This document shows, one piece after another, positions 1 to 8,573 of a stretch of 56,568 nt of DNA. Position 1 is the first letter of the stretch, and each line of letters begins with the position of its first letter. Below the pieces are notes generated by a model that was not told the DNA's origin, did not search any database, and saw nothing but the letters and a program-made list of their open reading frames with translations. Both the position numbers and the translations under genes were made by a program. The DNA comes from Geobacter sp. (lineage in GTDB: Bacteria; Desulfobacterota; Desulfuromonadia; Geobacterales; Pseudopelobacteraceae), in NCBI GenBank assembly GCA_031396605.1, contig JANNLB010000155.1, positions 1 to 56,568 on the forward strand, written 5' to 3'.

Positions 1-522
1 GATCGGGTGATCTTTCTTGGCGATCCAATCGATAACAGTGTCGCAAACATCGTGGTCGGGCAGTTGTTGTTTCTTGAATCGGTAGATCCTGAAAAAGATA
101 TCCACCTCTATATCAACTCTCCCGGCGGCATCGTAACCGCCGGCATGGCGATTCTGGACACCATGCGCTTTATCAAGTGCCCCGTCTGCACTATCTGCAT
201 CGGCGAGGCCTCATCCATGGGGGCAGTACTGCTGGCAGTCGGAGAAAAGGGGAAGCGCTTCTCGCTTCCCAATGCCCGAATCATGATTCACCAGCCTCTG
301 GGCGGCTTCCACGGCCAGGCAACCGATATCCAGATCCGGGCGAGGGAGATGCTGCTGGTCAAGGATAAACTGAACAGGATACTGGCCGATGCAACCGGTC
401 AGCCGTTCAAACGTCTTGAGGCCGACACTGAGCGCGATAATTTCATGTCAGCAGAAGAGGCCAAGGAGTACGGCCTGATCGACAAAATCATCGCCAATCG
501 TGCCGATGTGCAAATAGGATGA
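1..522 (+). CDS. clpP: ATP-dependent Clp protease proteolytic subunit ClpP (N-terminus lies left of the window)
   Basis: Frame 1 is open from base 1; the ORF track starts at an internal GTG at 7. The ClpP Ser/His/Asp contexts are visible: [28 protein letters not shown]. The next gene is a PP2C, not clpX. Confidence 0.9.
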   Translation, partial: DRVIFLGDPIDNSVANIVVGQLLFLESVDPEKDIHLYINSPGGIVTAGMAILDTMRFIKCPVCTICIGEASSMGAVLLAVGEKGKRFSLPNARIMIHQPLGGFHGQATDIQIRAREMLLVKDKLNRILADATGQPFKRLEADTERDNFMSAEEAKEYGLIDKIIANRADVQIG

Positions 523-594
523 ACAGACTTCATTGTCAGGAAACCGAGAGGATGTCGTTATTAACAGGTACATCATAGAGTTAAAGGGGACTGC

Positions 595-1332
595 ATGAAC
601 AATACGGAGCGCAAAGGCTGTGCTGCAGTATCCTGGCTCAAGAATGCCAAGAACATCCGGAAGCCATACGAAGACCGCTACCGACTGTTGAGCAAAGATA
701 TACCGTTGGTTGGCAAGTCGGGACGTGGCGAACTGTTTGCCGTGCTGGATGGTATCGGCGGGGCACCTCGGGGCATGCAGGCAGCTCAGGCGGTTGCCGA
801 TTGCCTTTTGGATTTCTACCGCAAACCGGAAGAAATTCCGGCTGACAACAATGGGTTGAATCAGCTTCTGCTTCAAGCAAACCAGGCAATTAATGACTGG
901 GGTTGTGTGGATGGTACGGACAGTCCACTGGGAGGGGCCGCTGGAACAATCGTCTGGATTCAAGAGCAAAGGCTGACGCTATTCCATGCCGGAGATACTG
1001 CCGGGATACTCATTCGCCAGAATCAGGCGCCACAAGTTCTTACCAGCGCACATGAATTAGATGGCGGAATTTCCCGCTACTTCGGTCTGGGACGAAGACT
1101 AGAAATCGAGGTGAAGTCGGAGCGACTGGAAGAGGGCGATTTGATCCTGCTCGTGTCGGACGGTGTCACAAAAGCATTCAGTACTACAGAGGCAGCTAAT
1201 CTCGTGCTGGAGATTTACAACAAGACCGGAGATATTGGCTTTGCAGCACAGGAATTGGTGACCCGGTCGCGCAGCAAGAAGTCGGTTGATGATATTACCG
1301 TGATGCTGATTGAGGTAGAAGAAGATGAGTGA
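595..1332 (+). CDS. PP2C-family Ser/Thr phosphatase-like protein
   Basis: 245 aa with PP2C/SpoIIE-type motifs FAVLDGIGGAPRG, LILLVSDGVTKAF and DDITVMLIEV. Its stop overlaps the next start (ATGAGTGA), suggesting translational coupling. Confidence 0.8.
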   Translation: MNNTERKGCAAVSWLKNAKNIRKPYEDRYRLLSKDIPLVGKSGRGELFAVLDGIGGAPRGMQAAQAVADCLLDFYRKPEEIPADNNGLNQLLLQANQAINDWGCVDGTDSPLGGAAGTIVWIQEQRLTLFHAGDTAGILIRQNQAPQVLTSAHELDGGISRYFGLGRRLEIEVKSERLEEGDLILLVSDGVTKAFSTTEAANLVLEIYNKTGDIGFAAQELVTRSRSKKSVDDITVMLIEVEEDE

Positions 1333-2797
1333 ATGGTTGCAGCAAGAGGTATGTCGTAGAATCGAACTCTATTGCATTGATATGGGCTATGCTGAAGCAC
1401 CTGGCGAGAATTCATTTATCCCAAAAGATGCTGTAACTACATTCGGAATTGCCAGTCACATAGCAAATGTTGTGGGCTGTACTCACTATGTTGTCGTAGC
1501 ACCGCGCGGTCATATCTACGGATACTTTTTCAAGCAGTTCGGTTGCAAGGTTATGGAAGTGTATGTTTCGCCCCATTCGGGTGACGTTCAGGTTATAGAT
1601 GACCTATCCAGCATAAGAAAGCGAAGGGTATTCATCATAGAAGATAATGTGGTGAGTGAAGCGGCACTCCCGTCGGTTGTAAATTCACTGTTGCCGTATG
1701 AACCGGCTGAGATATGCCTGTTTGTTGGTGACACAAACGGTGAAAGACACCTGGATAACGTTCCACCGGCAATTTCACAGGTGTTCCTTACTGATCAGAT
1801 TTACAATTTTATCAGTCCGGAACAGCTCGAAAAAGATTTTACCGCTTTTTTTGCATATCTTGTTCCTGCTGCTATTGCGAACACAAACGCAGAAGCCACG
1901 ATGCAACCGAAATGGGCCCAAACTTCATACAATATTGGGAAAACGCTGAAGCCCTTTTTCAAAAGACTTAAACAAGTATGGGAGAGTCGTGCGGAGATAG
2001 ATCATAAACGCTTTCGGAATAAGCCGGGTACTATTCGTGTTGGTCAGAACAACATTGCTGACAATACCAGCTTCCTTTATTTCATGATGAATCTCTTTAA
2101 GCCTGGTTGCATGAGCCATATCTCAGTACGGCCCGGTTTGGCCTTGCCTTTGTCACTAATGCTTCTCCTTAAATATTCCAGGGGTATTCAACAGGCTGAA
2201 AACAGAAAGAAAGCTCTATTTATATCGTTAACGCACCCGATAGAAATTGCTGAAAACGTGATGGCTCACTGCCTGCGAAGAAGCGTCAAGCCGATGTTAA
2301 ATGGCAAAATCCTCGATAGAGACTGGCCATATTTGACCCGTGCGGCTGGTGAAGTGTATGACCTCTGCATAGATTTTTGGAAAGAAGATGTTTTTTTCGA
2401 GACGGATTTTCTGAAGCATATTCTTCAGTCCTCAGAATGGCCTTACGGGCTTGTCGTGATTAATGATTCGACTGGCCGGTTGGAGGAGGACAGCTACGGC
2501 ACAATTAATCCGTTGCAGCAATTGAAAAGCATCCGATTGCTAGCAACAGCACTGAATATTCCTGTCATTGTTATAAATTCAAGCCTCCAAAAGGACGTTA
2601 TGGACACAGATGTTTTTGATCACATTGCACAACTTAGCGATGACGTGGACAGATACCAGTTGTTCATATCTAAATCAAATAAAAGTGCATACGGTAAATT
2701 GACCTTTGTTATGTCCCGGAAATGCAACATTCTTGAGGATGCCTTGTCTAACTTTACTCAGACAAAGCCGGCTAATTACAATTCATGGAGCGAATAG
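1325..2797 (+). CDS. Fusion protein: N-terminal phosphoribosyltransferase (PRTase)-like domain plus C-terminal RecA/DnaB-C/KaiC-like domain lacking a Walker A lysine
   Basis: 490 aa. PRTase-like segments are VVVAPRGHIYGYFFKQFG and the PRPP-loop-like RRVFIIEDNVVSEAAL. The C-terminal half has DnaB-C/RecA-like strands (ALFISLTHPIEIAENV, GLVVINDSTGRLEE, LNIPVIVINSSLQKD). The position expected for a P-loop reads VRPGLALPLSL. Domain calls come from motif recognition only. Confidence 0.5.
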   Translation: MSEWLQQEVCRRIELYCIDMGYAEAPGENSFIPKDAVTTFGIASHIANVVGCTHYVVVAPRGHIYGYFFKQFGCKVMEVYVSPHSGDVQVIDDLSSIRKRRVFIIEDNVVSEAALPSVVNSLLPYEPAEICLFVGDTNGERHLDNVPPAISQVFLTDQIYNFISPEQLEKDFTAFFAYLVPAAIANTNAEATMQPKWAQTSYNIGKTLKPFFKRLKQVWESRAEIDHKRFRNKPGTIRVGQNNIADNTSFLYFMMNLFKPGCMSHISVRPGLALPLSLMLLLKYSRGIQQAENRKKALFISLTHPIEIAENVMAHCLRRSVKPMLNGKILDRDWPYLTRAAGEVYDLCIDFWKEDVFFETDFLKHILQSSEWPYGLVVINDSTGRLEEDSYGTINPLQQLKSIRLLATALNIPVIVINSSLQKDVMDTDVFDHIAQLSDDVDRYQLFISKSNKSAYGKLTFVMSRKCNILEDALSNFTQTKPANYNSWSE

Positions 2798-3058
2798 ATG
2801 AAGATTTTCTGGATAGGACTTGGAATTATGGGTGTGATTCACATCAGTAGGGGTGTGTGCTCACTACGGTAACGTTCCAAAGGTTGTAACAATTGTTATC
2901 AATTGCGCCATTCCGGTCATAATAGCACTGGCGATAGCATTAGTTAATCACATGAGAAGGCAACTTGAGCTAATGACTGAAGATGATGGGGAATGATGTA
3001 GGCACCAGTGGAATAAATGACCTGCAAGGATGTTTCTGATGATTTTATGGAGTAATTG

Positions 3059-3547
3059 ATGTTTAAAGACGATTTTGAGATTGATTTTGTTGATGGGGAC
3101 CTGCTGGATTTTGTAGGTGATGCTATTGTGGTCAATACAAATATACGGCTGAATTTGAATTACACATTGGGAAAAGCCATTTTGGGAAAAGCTGGACAAC
3201 CCCTTGAAATTGAACTTCAAGATATTCTTCATGATCGCTTTTCTGAAAAGGATTTACCATTAGGGACGGCGATGAGCACGAATGCATACGGCATGTCGGA
3301 TCATGTCCGAAAATTAATTTTTGTGAGTTGGTGGAACCAGGACAACGAATATACGGTCAACCATATATTCAAGGTGCATGCTGCCGCTATTCGAGAGGCT
3401 GATGCATTGGGATTGCGCACTATTGCATTTCCCTTGATGGGAAGAGGTCATCGAGTGAAATACTCGATTATAGCGGAAGGTATTGCCAAGACGATCAATG
3501 AGCTGAACAAGCTTGAAAGCGGTTTTCGGTTGAGAAAGTTGCTTTAA
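3059..3547 (+). CDS. Macro domain protein (ADP-ribose binding/processing); the 3' end probably continues to 3615 after a -1 shift
   Basis: Macro motifs are GDAIVVNTN, GKAILGKAG and TIAFPLMGRG. A GGAG lies 6 nt upstream of the ATG at 3059. The annotated frame stops at 3547. The -1 frame from the T-run at 3523-3526 encodes FSVEKVALITLHKEDVENVRRLVEAKLILG, which looks like a typical Macro terminal strand plus helix. Confidence 0.8.
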   Translation: MFKDDFEIDFVDGDLLDFVGDAIVVNTNIRLNLNYTLGKAILGKAGQPLEIELQDILHDRFSEKDLPLGTAMSTNAYGMSDHVRKLIFVSWWNQDNEYTVNHIFKVHAAAIREADALGLRTIAFPLMGRGHRVKYSIIAEGIAKTINELNKLESGFRLRKLL

Positions 3548-3609
3548 TTACACTTCATAAAGAAGACGTAGAAAATGTAAGGCGATTGGTCGAGGCTAAA
3601 TTAATACTG

Positions 3610-3649
3610 GGGTGAAATGTCAGAAATCGCCGCTTCTGTCGTTATGAAT
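3610..3649 (+). repeat. Conserved 40-nt motif, copy 1 (GGGTGAAATGTCAGAAATC...TGTCGTTATGAAT)
   Basis: 36 of 40 nt are identical to 10520-10559. In both copies it begins at the stop codon of a Macro-type reading frame. Confidence 0.7.
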
Positions 3650-3671
3650 AGATGAATCCAATTCCCTCGGT

Positions 3672-4115
3672 ATGGAGGCACAAAATACGATGAATGTTAT
3701 TCAACACCACCTCAACAACATCTCTGAAAATAGCTCTTCTTCCCCATCACCACTGACAAATGAAGGCATGTTTGTGGTAGCCATAGTACTTGAGATTCTG
3801 ATGGCTCATAATCGTTATGTTGACCAGCCATACACACGGGAAGACATTAACGATACGATTGAATCCTTACCAAGGTTTCAAATAAAATGGCTCCTCAGCA
3901 TTATTAAGTCACTCAAGACGAAAAAGCATTCACGGGTAAGGCAAAACCTTCTCGCAATTACTCTGCAGAAAACCCCGGAACCGGTTCTTACAATTGATTT
4001 GTCGAACTACCTCCGCATCAACTATTTCAATACGTTCATAAAATTGTTTGTCGGGCTCACTGATTGTAAGTTGCAGGAAGTTGGCAAATATCGATATTTG
4101 GTGACATCGTGGTGA
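3672..4115 (+). CDS. Hypothetical protein (ORFan)
   Basis: 147-aa ORF in operon orientation. An alternative start is ATG 3690, which has a GGAGG upstream. I recognise no motif. Confidence 0.5.
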   Translation: MEAQNTMNVIQHHLNNISENSSSSPSPLTNEGMFVVAIVLEILMAHNRYVDQPYTREDINDTIESLPRFQIKWLLSIIKSLKTKKHSRVRQNLLAITLQKTPEPVLTIDLSNYLRINYFNTFIKLFVGLTDCKLQEVGKYRYLVTSW

Positions 4116-4178
4116 CGTCGTGTAATTTTCGCAAACGAATGGCTGAAGTCTAACCGTAGTGAAATTTGTGAGGTGTGT

Positions 4179-4829
4179 ATGGGATGCTCATTTTATTATA
4201 AAGGTTGCCTTAAGGATCATAAAGCGCAGGAAGAGGTCATCGAGTTGGCAGCTCAACTTGCTGGAGATCATGGATTCATGGTTCTCCCGGATAGTAACAA
4301 AAAATATCTGGCGAGGATCGGATTAGACTCGAACCTTCTGGAAGATGGCAGTTATACCCAGAGTTCAGGAATCACGGACCCGTCATGTGGGTTTGATTTC
4401 TATGGAATAAGTTTCTATGGAAATCCGCTTCAGAATGATCATAGTTCTGTGCCGGATCAATTAATATTTCATCGTTGTCAGCTAGGCTCTCTCGCTTATA
4501 TGGAAAATAGAGAGGGAATGATAGTTTCATTAGCCTTGAAACAACTTCAGCAATACTCGCCCCCAGAATATGACGATACTATGGTTTATGACGGCCCTCT
4601 CTTGCATGTCGCTAGCGGCGGTGAATTTAGATGTGGAGGAGGAGCAAAGTTTGCATTGCTTCTTAATTTGATAAAATTACGCTGGATGCCTGATCTTGAT
4701 ATGTTTGATGATTATGGCAATTGCGACAGCATGGAAAGAATTATCCATCACCATCGGCTGGCTGGCAAATTTTCAAAAAAATCGATGTCATTTGAGGAGT
4801 GCTGGGAAATGGTTGAAGGTTTATTGTAA
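4179..4829 (+). CDS. Hypothetical protein (ORFan, Cys-rich N-terminus)
   Basis: The ORF track gives 4173-4829. ATG 4179 has a GAGG 6 nt upstream. I recognise no family. Confidence 0.55.
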   Translation: MGCSFYYKGCLKDHKAQEEVIELAAQLAGDHGFMVLPDSNKKYLARIGLDSNLLEDGSYTQSSGITDPSCGFDFYGISFYGNPLQNDHSSVPDQLIFHRCQLGSLAYMENREGMIVSLALKQLQQYSPPEYDDTMVYDGPLLHVASGGEFRCGGGAKFALLLNLIKLRWMPDLDMFDDYGNCDSMERIIHHHRLAGKFSKKSMSFEECWEMVEGLL

Positions 4830-4901
4830 TTTCCTCTGTCGAACATTTCCTCTTTTATCGTTAAAGATTATGAGATTTTAGGCTGGACCGAGTAGGAGAG
4901 T

Positions 4902-6071
4902 ATGCTTGTGAAGATAAGCGTGATGATATTCCTCCTCTTTTCTATGTACAGACATTCCCATGCATATGAAATCCGGAGTCCAATCGAAAAGGCCGAGGCT
5001 GGATCGGCTACGGTTGAGATGCTTGCGGATGCGATAAACGGTAATTTCGACAACAAGAATTTCAACTTTGACATAAACACAGGGGTTGATCTGACTTATT
5101 GGAATCCTGGTTTCGATGAAGATAAAGTTGTAAAATTCACCACCGAAGGGATGAAAACATATCACGTTGGTGCAAATTTTACCTACAACGACAAATCCAT
5201 GCTGGCCTTGCAATATGAAAGGCCTTTTGACGGGACAAAAAACCAGTTAGAGATCTTCAAGGCCAATATGAAACAGAATTCCGGCATTGAACGGTTCACC
5301 GGAGAGGTAAAACTCGACCCTCTCGCCGATCTCCTGTTTCCGGACAGTCTGCTGCTGAGAAAAATACTTTCCGTTGAATACAGATACTCAAGGGAACGCT
5401 TCTTTGGTGAGGTTACCGCTCAAAGAGAAATTGCGTACATTCCGAAAGATGCGATCGTTGACCACGTCAAGAGAACGATAACAGGAAGCAAATCCGTTTC
5501 TGCCGGGGAAAAACTGGATTTCAGGACTGAATTTATAAACCAGGAAATATCCATCCCTTTGGTGAGCCTGGATATGAAGAAAACCGTAAACTATAACGGG
5601 AGGGTGGAGAAGATAAGTTTCTTCCGGGAGGACTTCAGGGTGGGTTACTTCAATTTCCAGTGGAGCAGACCCTCCCATGGTACTGACGACACCCTCGCCG
5701 GCAAGCCGATCATCAGTGACACTACCTTCAAGTCACAAGGATATTATCTTTCCTTTGAGACTCAGGACCCCGGTTCTCCGGGATTTAACCTTGATTGGCT
5801 GGTACGAATTGGGCTAGGCGGCGAGGTGGACAATGCCTTTCACTATAATAAATCTGATGTGTCTTTTGTCGGCATGAGTATAAATACTTGGTACAATCAC
5901 TACTTCAACAGCAGGAATGGAGGTCCTGCAGCAACCTTCGGATTCCTCTTCGATTGGAGGCGCATGAATGTGGATGAGAAAACAACTGAAGCATCAACCA
6001 GCACTGTTCGGATTATGAATGAGCAGGAGAAACTCTATAAGGTCTACCTGAACCTCATCTATCGATTTTGA
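4902..6071 (+). CDS. Putative outer-membrane beta-barrel protein
   Basis: It has an N-terminal signal peptide (MLVKISVMIFLLFSMYRHSHA), an alternating aromatic/hydrophilic pattern, and a C-terminal LNLIYRF ending in Phe, which is the OMP signature. An AGGAG RBS is present. Confidence 0.6.
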   Translation: MLVKISVMIFLLFSMYRHSHAYEIRSPIEKAEAGSATVEMLADAINGNFDNKNFNFDINTGVDLTYWNPGFDEDKVVKFTTEGMKTYHVGANFTYNDKSMLALQYERPFDGTKNQLEIFKANMKQNSGIERFTGEVKLDPLADLLFPDSLLLRKILSVEYRYSRERFFGEVTAQREIAYIPKDAIVDHVKRTITGSKSVSAGEKLDFRTEFINQEISIPLVSLDMKKTVNYNGRVEKISFFREDFRVGYFNFQWSRPSHGTDDTLAGKPIISDTTFKSQGYYLSFETQDPGSPGFNLDWLVRIGLGGEVDNAFHYNKSDVSFVGMSINTWYNHYFNSRNGGPAATFGFLFDWRRMNVDEKTTEASTSTVRIMNEQEKLYKVYLNLIYRF

Positions 6072-6204
6072 GGAGAGTTTTCCGTTATTGAGTTATATCA
6101 GCATCTGCGCTGAGAAATAAATATCAGTTCCTGTTTGTCAGGATTTTCGCTTTCCATCGTTATTAGATGGCAGGCGAAACAAACGATAAAACAGGAGGGC
6201 GCAG

Positions 6205-7128
6205 ATGTCACACAATAGTCAGATTGTCAGGGAGATTGAAGAGTTCAAGGTTTTTGTAAAAACGGCCGGATCAGTCCCGGAAGCCGAGTTCGACATTGAA
6301 TTTCATAGTAGGCTCTGGAATATCGAAAAACTTGCCCGCCGGGAACCAGAAAATCGCAAGTCGTTGATGGCTGACTTCCTGGCATCAACGACATCAGAAT
6401 TCGAGGTCGGGCTCATGAGCTGCCACAGCAGAACCAAGCCTTTGGGGTATGCCGGCGACCATATCCTTATCGACATGATTTACCAGAAGACTGTTGCCAA
6501 TACAGAGGCGGGCAGGAGGATGGATGAATTCTTCCATCGCCAGAAAGCCCCCGCTGCAGTTCGCAACCGCAAGAGCTTTTTCATCGAAACATTCGTTGAA
6601 CTGTGCCAGAAAAAAGCTTCTCCATCGATTTTTGATATCGCCTGCGGTCCTTGCAGGGATGTGGCTGAGGCTCTTGAGGAAGCTGGCGATACGGCGGAAG
6701 GCGCCTCATTCCATTGCGTCGATATGGACCCGCGTGCGATTGCGTATGCCCAGTCGGTTGTAGATCCTTGCAGAGCTACCCAAATCTGCTGGCAGGTAAC
6801 TGATGTGTTCCGTCTTCGCACCAGGAAAAAACATGATCTTGCCTGGTCAGCCGGACTGTTCGATTATCTCAATGACCGGTTGGCTGCTGCTCTGCTCCGC
6901 AAGATGTGGGATGCGACAGTAGAAGGCGGAGAAGTCATCGTCGGCAATTTTCACACATCCAATCCAGACCGTGCCTGGATGGAGTGGTGCGGCGATTGGC
7001 ACCTTATTCACCGGGATGAGGAGGACATGCTCTATCTTTGTCACCGGGCTGGAGTACCGACGGATTCGATCCGATTCCATTACGAATTGACTGGCATAAA
7101 CATGTTTCTGAGGATATCGAAGGATTAA
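6205..7128 (+). CDS. Class I SAM-dependent methyltransferase with an extra N-terminal domain
   Basis: Motif I is IFDIACGPCRDV, followed by the acidic loop HCVDMD and post-I/II strands. An AGGAGG RBS is present. Confidence 0.8.
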   Translation: MSHNSQIVREIEEFKVFVKTAGSVPEAEFDIEFHSRLWNIEKLARREPENRKSLMADFLASTTSEFEVGLMSCHSRTKPLGYAGDHILIDMIYQKTVANTEAGRRMDEFFHRQKAPAAVRNRKSFFIETFVELCQKKASPSIFDIACGPCRDVAEALEEAGDTAEGASFHCVDMDPRAIAYAQSVVDPCRATQICWQVTDVFRLRTRKKHDLAWSAGLFDYLNDRLAAALLRKMWDATVEGGEVIVGNFHTSNPDRAWMEWCGDWHLIHRDEEDMLYLCHRAGVPTDSIRFHYELTGINMFLRISKD

Positions 7129-7157
7129 GTGACTTCGAAAAGGAGAGAAGTGGATTC

Positions 7158-7580
7158 ATGCTGAGAATTCTACTGATTGAAGATGATAACGGACGTGTCA
7201 GGATAATAAGGGAATGGTTGCCTGAGGATGTGCGTTTGGTGCACGCTGGCAGCGCCGGTCGCGCCATTGGCATTCTACAGCGAGACCGTGATGCCTACGC
7301 CGGAATTATGCTCGATCATGACCTGCAAGGTCAGGTCGCAACCGATATGGACTTCTTTCTTTCCGGCAGCAATGTGGTGAAGACAATCATTGCAAATGTC
7401 CCTTCTGACACGCCTGTTCTGGTTCACTCAATGAATCCTGAAGAAGCACCGAAGATGGTTATGACACTGACAAAATCAGGATTTAGCGTTACCCGCCACC
7501 CCATGAGTGTGTTGACAAAAGAATGTCTTGATGAGTGGCTGCAGGAAGTCCGTGAATGCTGGGACAGCCGTGACGAATGA
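7158..7580 (+). CDS. Stand-alone divergent receiver (CheY-like) domain protein, copy 1
   Basis: The start is ATG 7158, after AGGAGA. REC landmarks are LLIEDD, MLDHDL (acceptor Asp position) and VLVHS. It is a paralogue of 11172-11591. From memory it resembles the family described as the cyclic-phosphate processing receiver (cREC); this needs an HMM check. Confidence 0.7.
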   Translation: MLRILLIEDDNGRVRIIREWLPEDVRLVHAGSAGRAIGILQRDRDAYAGIMLDHDLQGQVATDMDFFLSGSNVVKTIIANVPSDTPVLVHSMNPEEAPKMVMTLTKSGFSVTRHPMSVLTKECLDEWLQEVRECWDSRDE

Positions 7581-7787
7581 GGTGTTCAGAGTGACGCCCT
7601 GGCAAATTCGGATTTTGTGTTTTCGTGCATTGCTCATTATGACAACCTTAATCTTATTGAGCGGCCACGTAACTGAAGTTGCTGGGCATCGGACAAAAAC
7701 GTAGGTTTATTCAAGTCGCAAATGTGCTCATCGAAGGATTGTGCCGTTGTAATCGCAAATAGTAATGGTCACGAGGAGTGGTTAATT

Positions 7788-8573
7788 ATGGATGAGCATT
7801 CCGATACAAGCCGATTAAACAAACAACGGCTTGTTATGACCCTATGCGGATTCTTTGTTTCATCGACCACAGTAATTGATTGGTACTTGAATGCGCCTCT
7901 CCGTATTTTGCCACTCAGTGAGGAAGAATATTTACGTTACCCGTATCTGTATTTAATTGTAAAACCCATACAAGTTATTGCTACGCCCGATCTAATTGCT
8001 TACTGGTGGATGGTCGTGCTGGTTGCGGGGTGGATGTTTATCCTTGGATTCATATCAGCAAAGATAGTTATTACCATTTATCAATCCAGATTTATCGCGA
8101 CCCAGAATGTCTATCTGAAAACCATTGCCATGGCAGGTCTGATAATTGGTCTTAGTGCCGGATATTTTCTGCTAATTGCTGCATACATGCTCCCATTAGT
8201 CTGGAAAATCTATATGTCCATTGTAACCGCCATGCTCACGTTTATTGGTACCTATTTGGTGTTTCGCTCTCCCTATCATTTGTATCTTTGGTGGAAAACA
8301 GAAAAGGTTTTACACCTGCTGTCTGCGCCGGCAAAGGTATTTACGGAACTCGGATACGGGAATTCGACTTTCCTCAGTACTGAAATCGAGCTGCCAGACG
8401 GGCGGGAGTATCGCCAAGCCTGTTTCGTCAGCATGAGGGTTGAAGGAGTGTATCTCCGTGTCTGGATGGGAACTCGTGTCTTTATTCTTTCAAGTCGAGA
8501 TGGGCTAAAAATACAGAGAAAAGACCGAAAAGCATTCAAAATATTGGTTGGCATTCATGGCCACGCGCAATAA
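7788..8573 (+). CDS. Multi-pass membrane protein with a soluble C-terminal domain
   Basis: The ORF track gives 7722-8573. ATG 7788 has a GAGGAG upstream. There are 4-6 hydrophobic helices (e.g. WWMVVLVAGWMFILGFISAKIVITI, LIIGLSAGYFLLIAAYMLPLVW). Confidence 0.6.
   Translation: MDEHSDTSRLNKQRLVMTLCGFFVSSTTVIDWYLNAPLRILPLSEEEYLRYPYLYLIVKPIQVIATPDLIAYWWMVVLVAGWMFILGFISAKIVITIYQSRFIATQNVYLKTIAMAGLIIGLSAGYFLLIAAYMLPLVWKIYMSIVTAMLTFIGTYLVFRSPYHLYLWWKTEKVLHLLSAPAKVFTELGYGNSTFLSTEIELPDGREYRQACFVSMRVEGVYLRVWMGTRVFILSSRDGLKIQRKDRKAFKILVGIHGHAQ

Noticed and set aside
1-522. Treating clpP as the ordinary housekeeping gene unrelated to the downstream genes
   Set aside because: I do not fully reject this. 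The absence of clpX downstream, the 72-nt spacing to the PP2C gene and the island context made me keep it as part of the candidate system. It needs the upstream sequence to resolve.
448-969. 173-aa minus-strand ORF (and other ORFs at 177-368 and 638-889) overlapping clpP and PP2C
   Set aside because: They are antisense shadows of genes with clear family motifs.
2798-3010. Small ORFs in the 260-nt gap before the Macro gene: a 24-aa MKIFWIGLGIMGVIHISRGVCSLR starting right at the upstream stop, and a possible 45-aa GTG-started TM peptide
   Set aside because: They are too short, have no convincing RBS and cannot be checked for conservation here. They are worth a look only if ribosome profiling data exist.
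3610-3649. Reading the 40-nt conserved motif as a sigma-70 promoter (TATGAAT as -10)
   Set aside because: There is no acceptable -35 at 16-18 nt spacing, and the hexamer lacks the invariant final T in the right register. I keep it as an unexplained conserved element.
7600-7620. TGGCAAATTCGGATTTTG as a sigma-54 promoter
   Set aside because: The -12 element (TTGC) is absent at the required 10-nt spacing from the GG.
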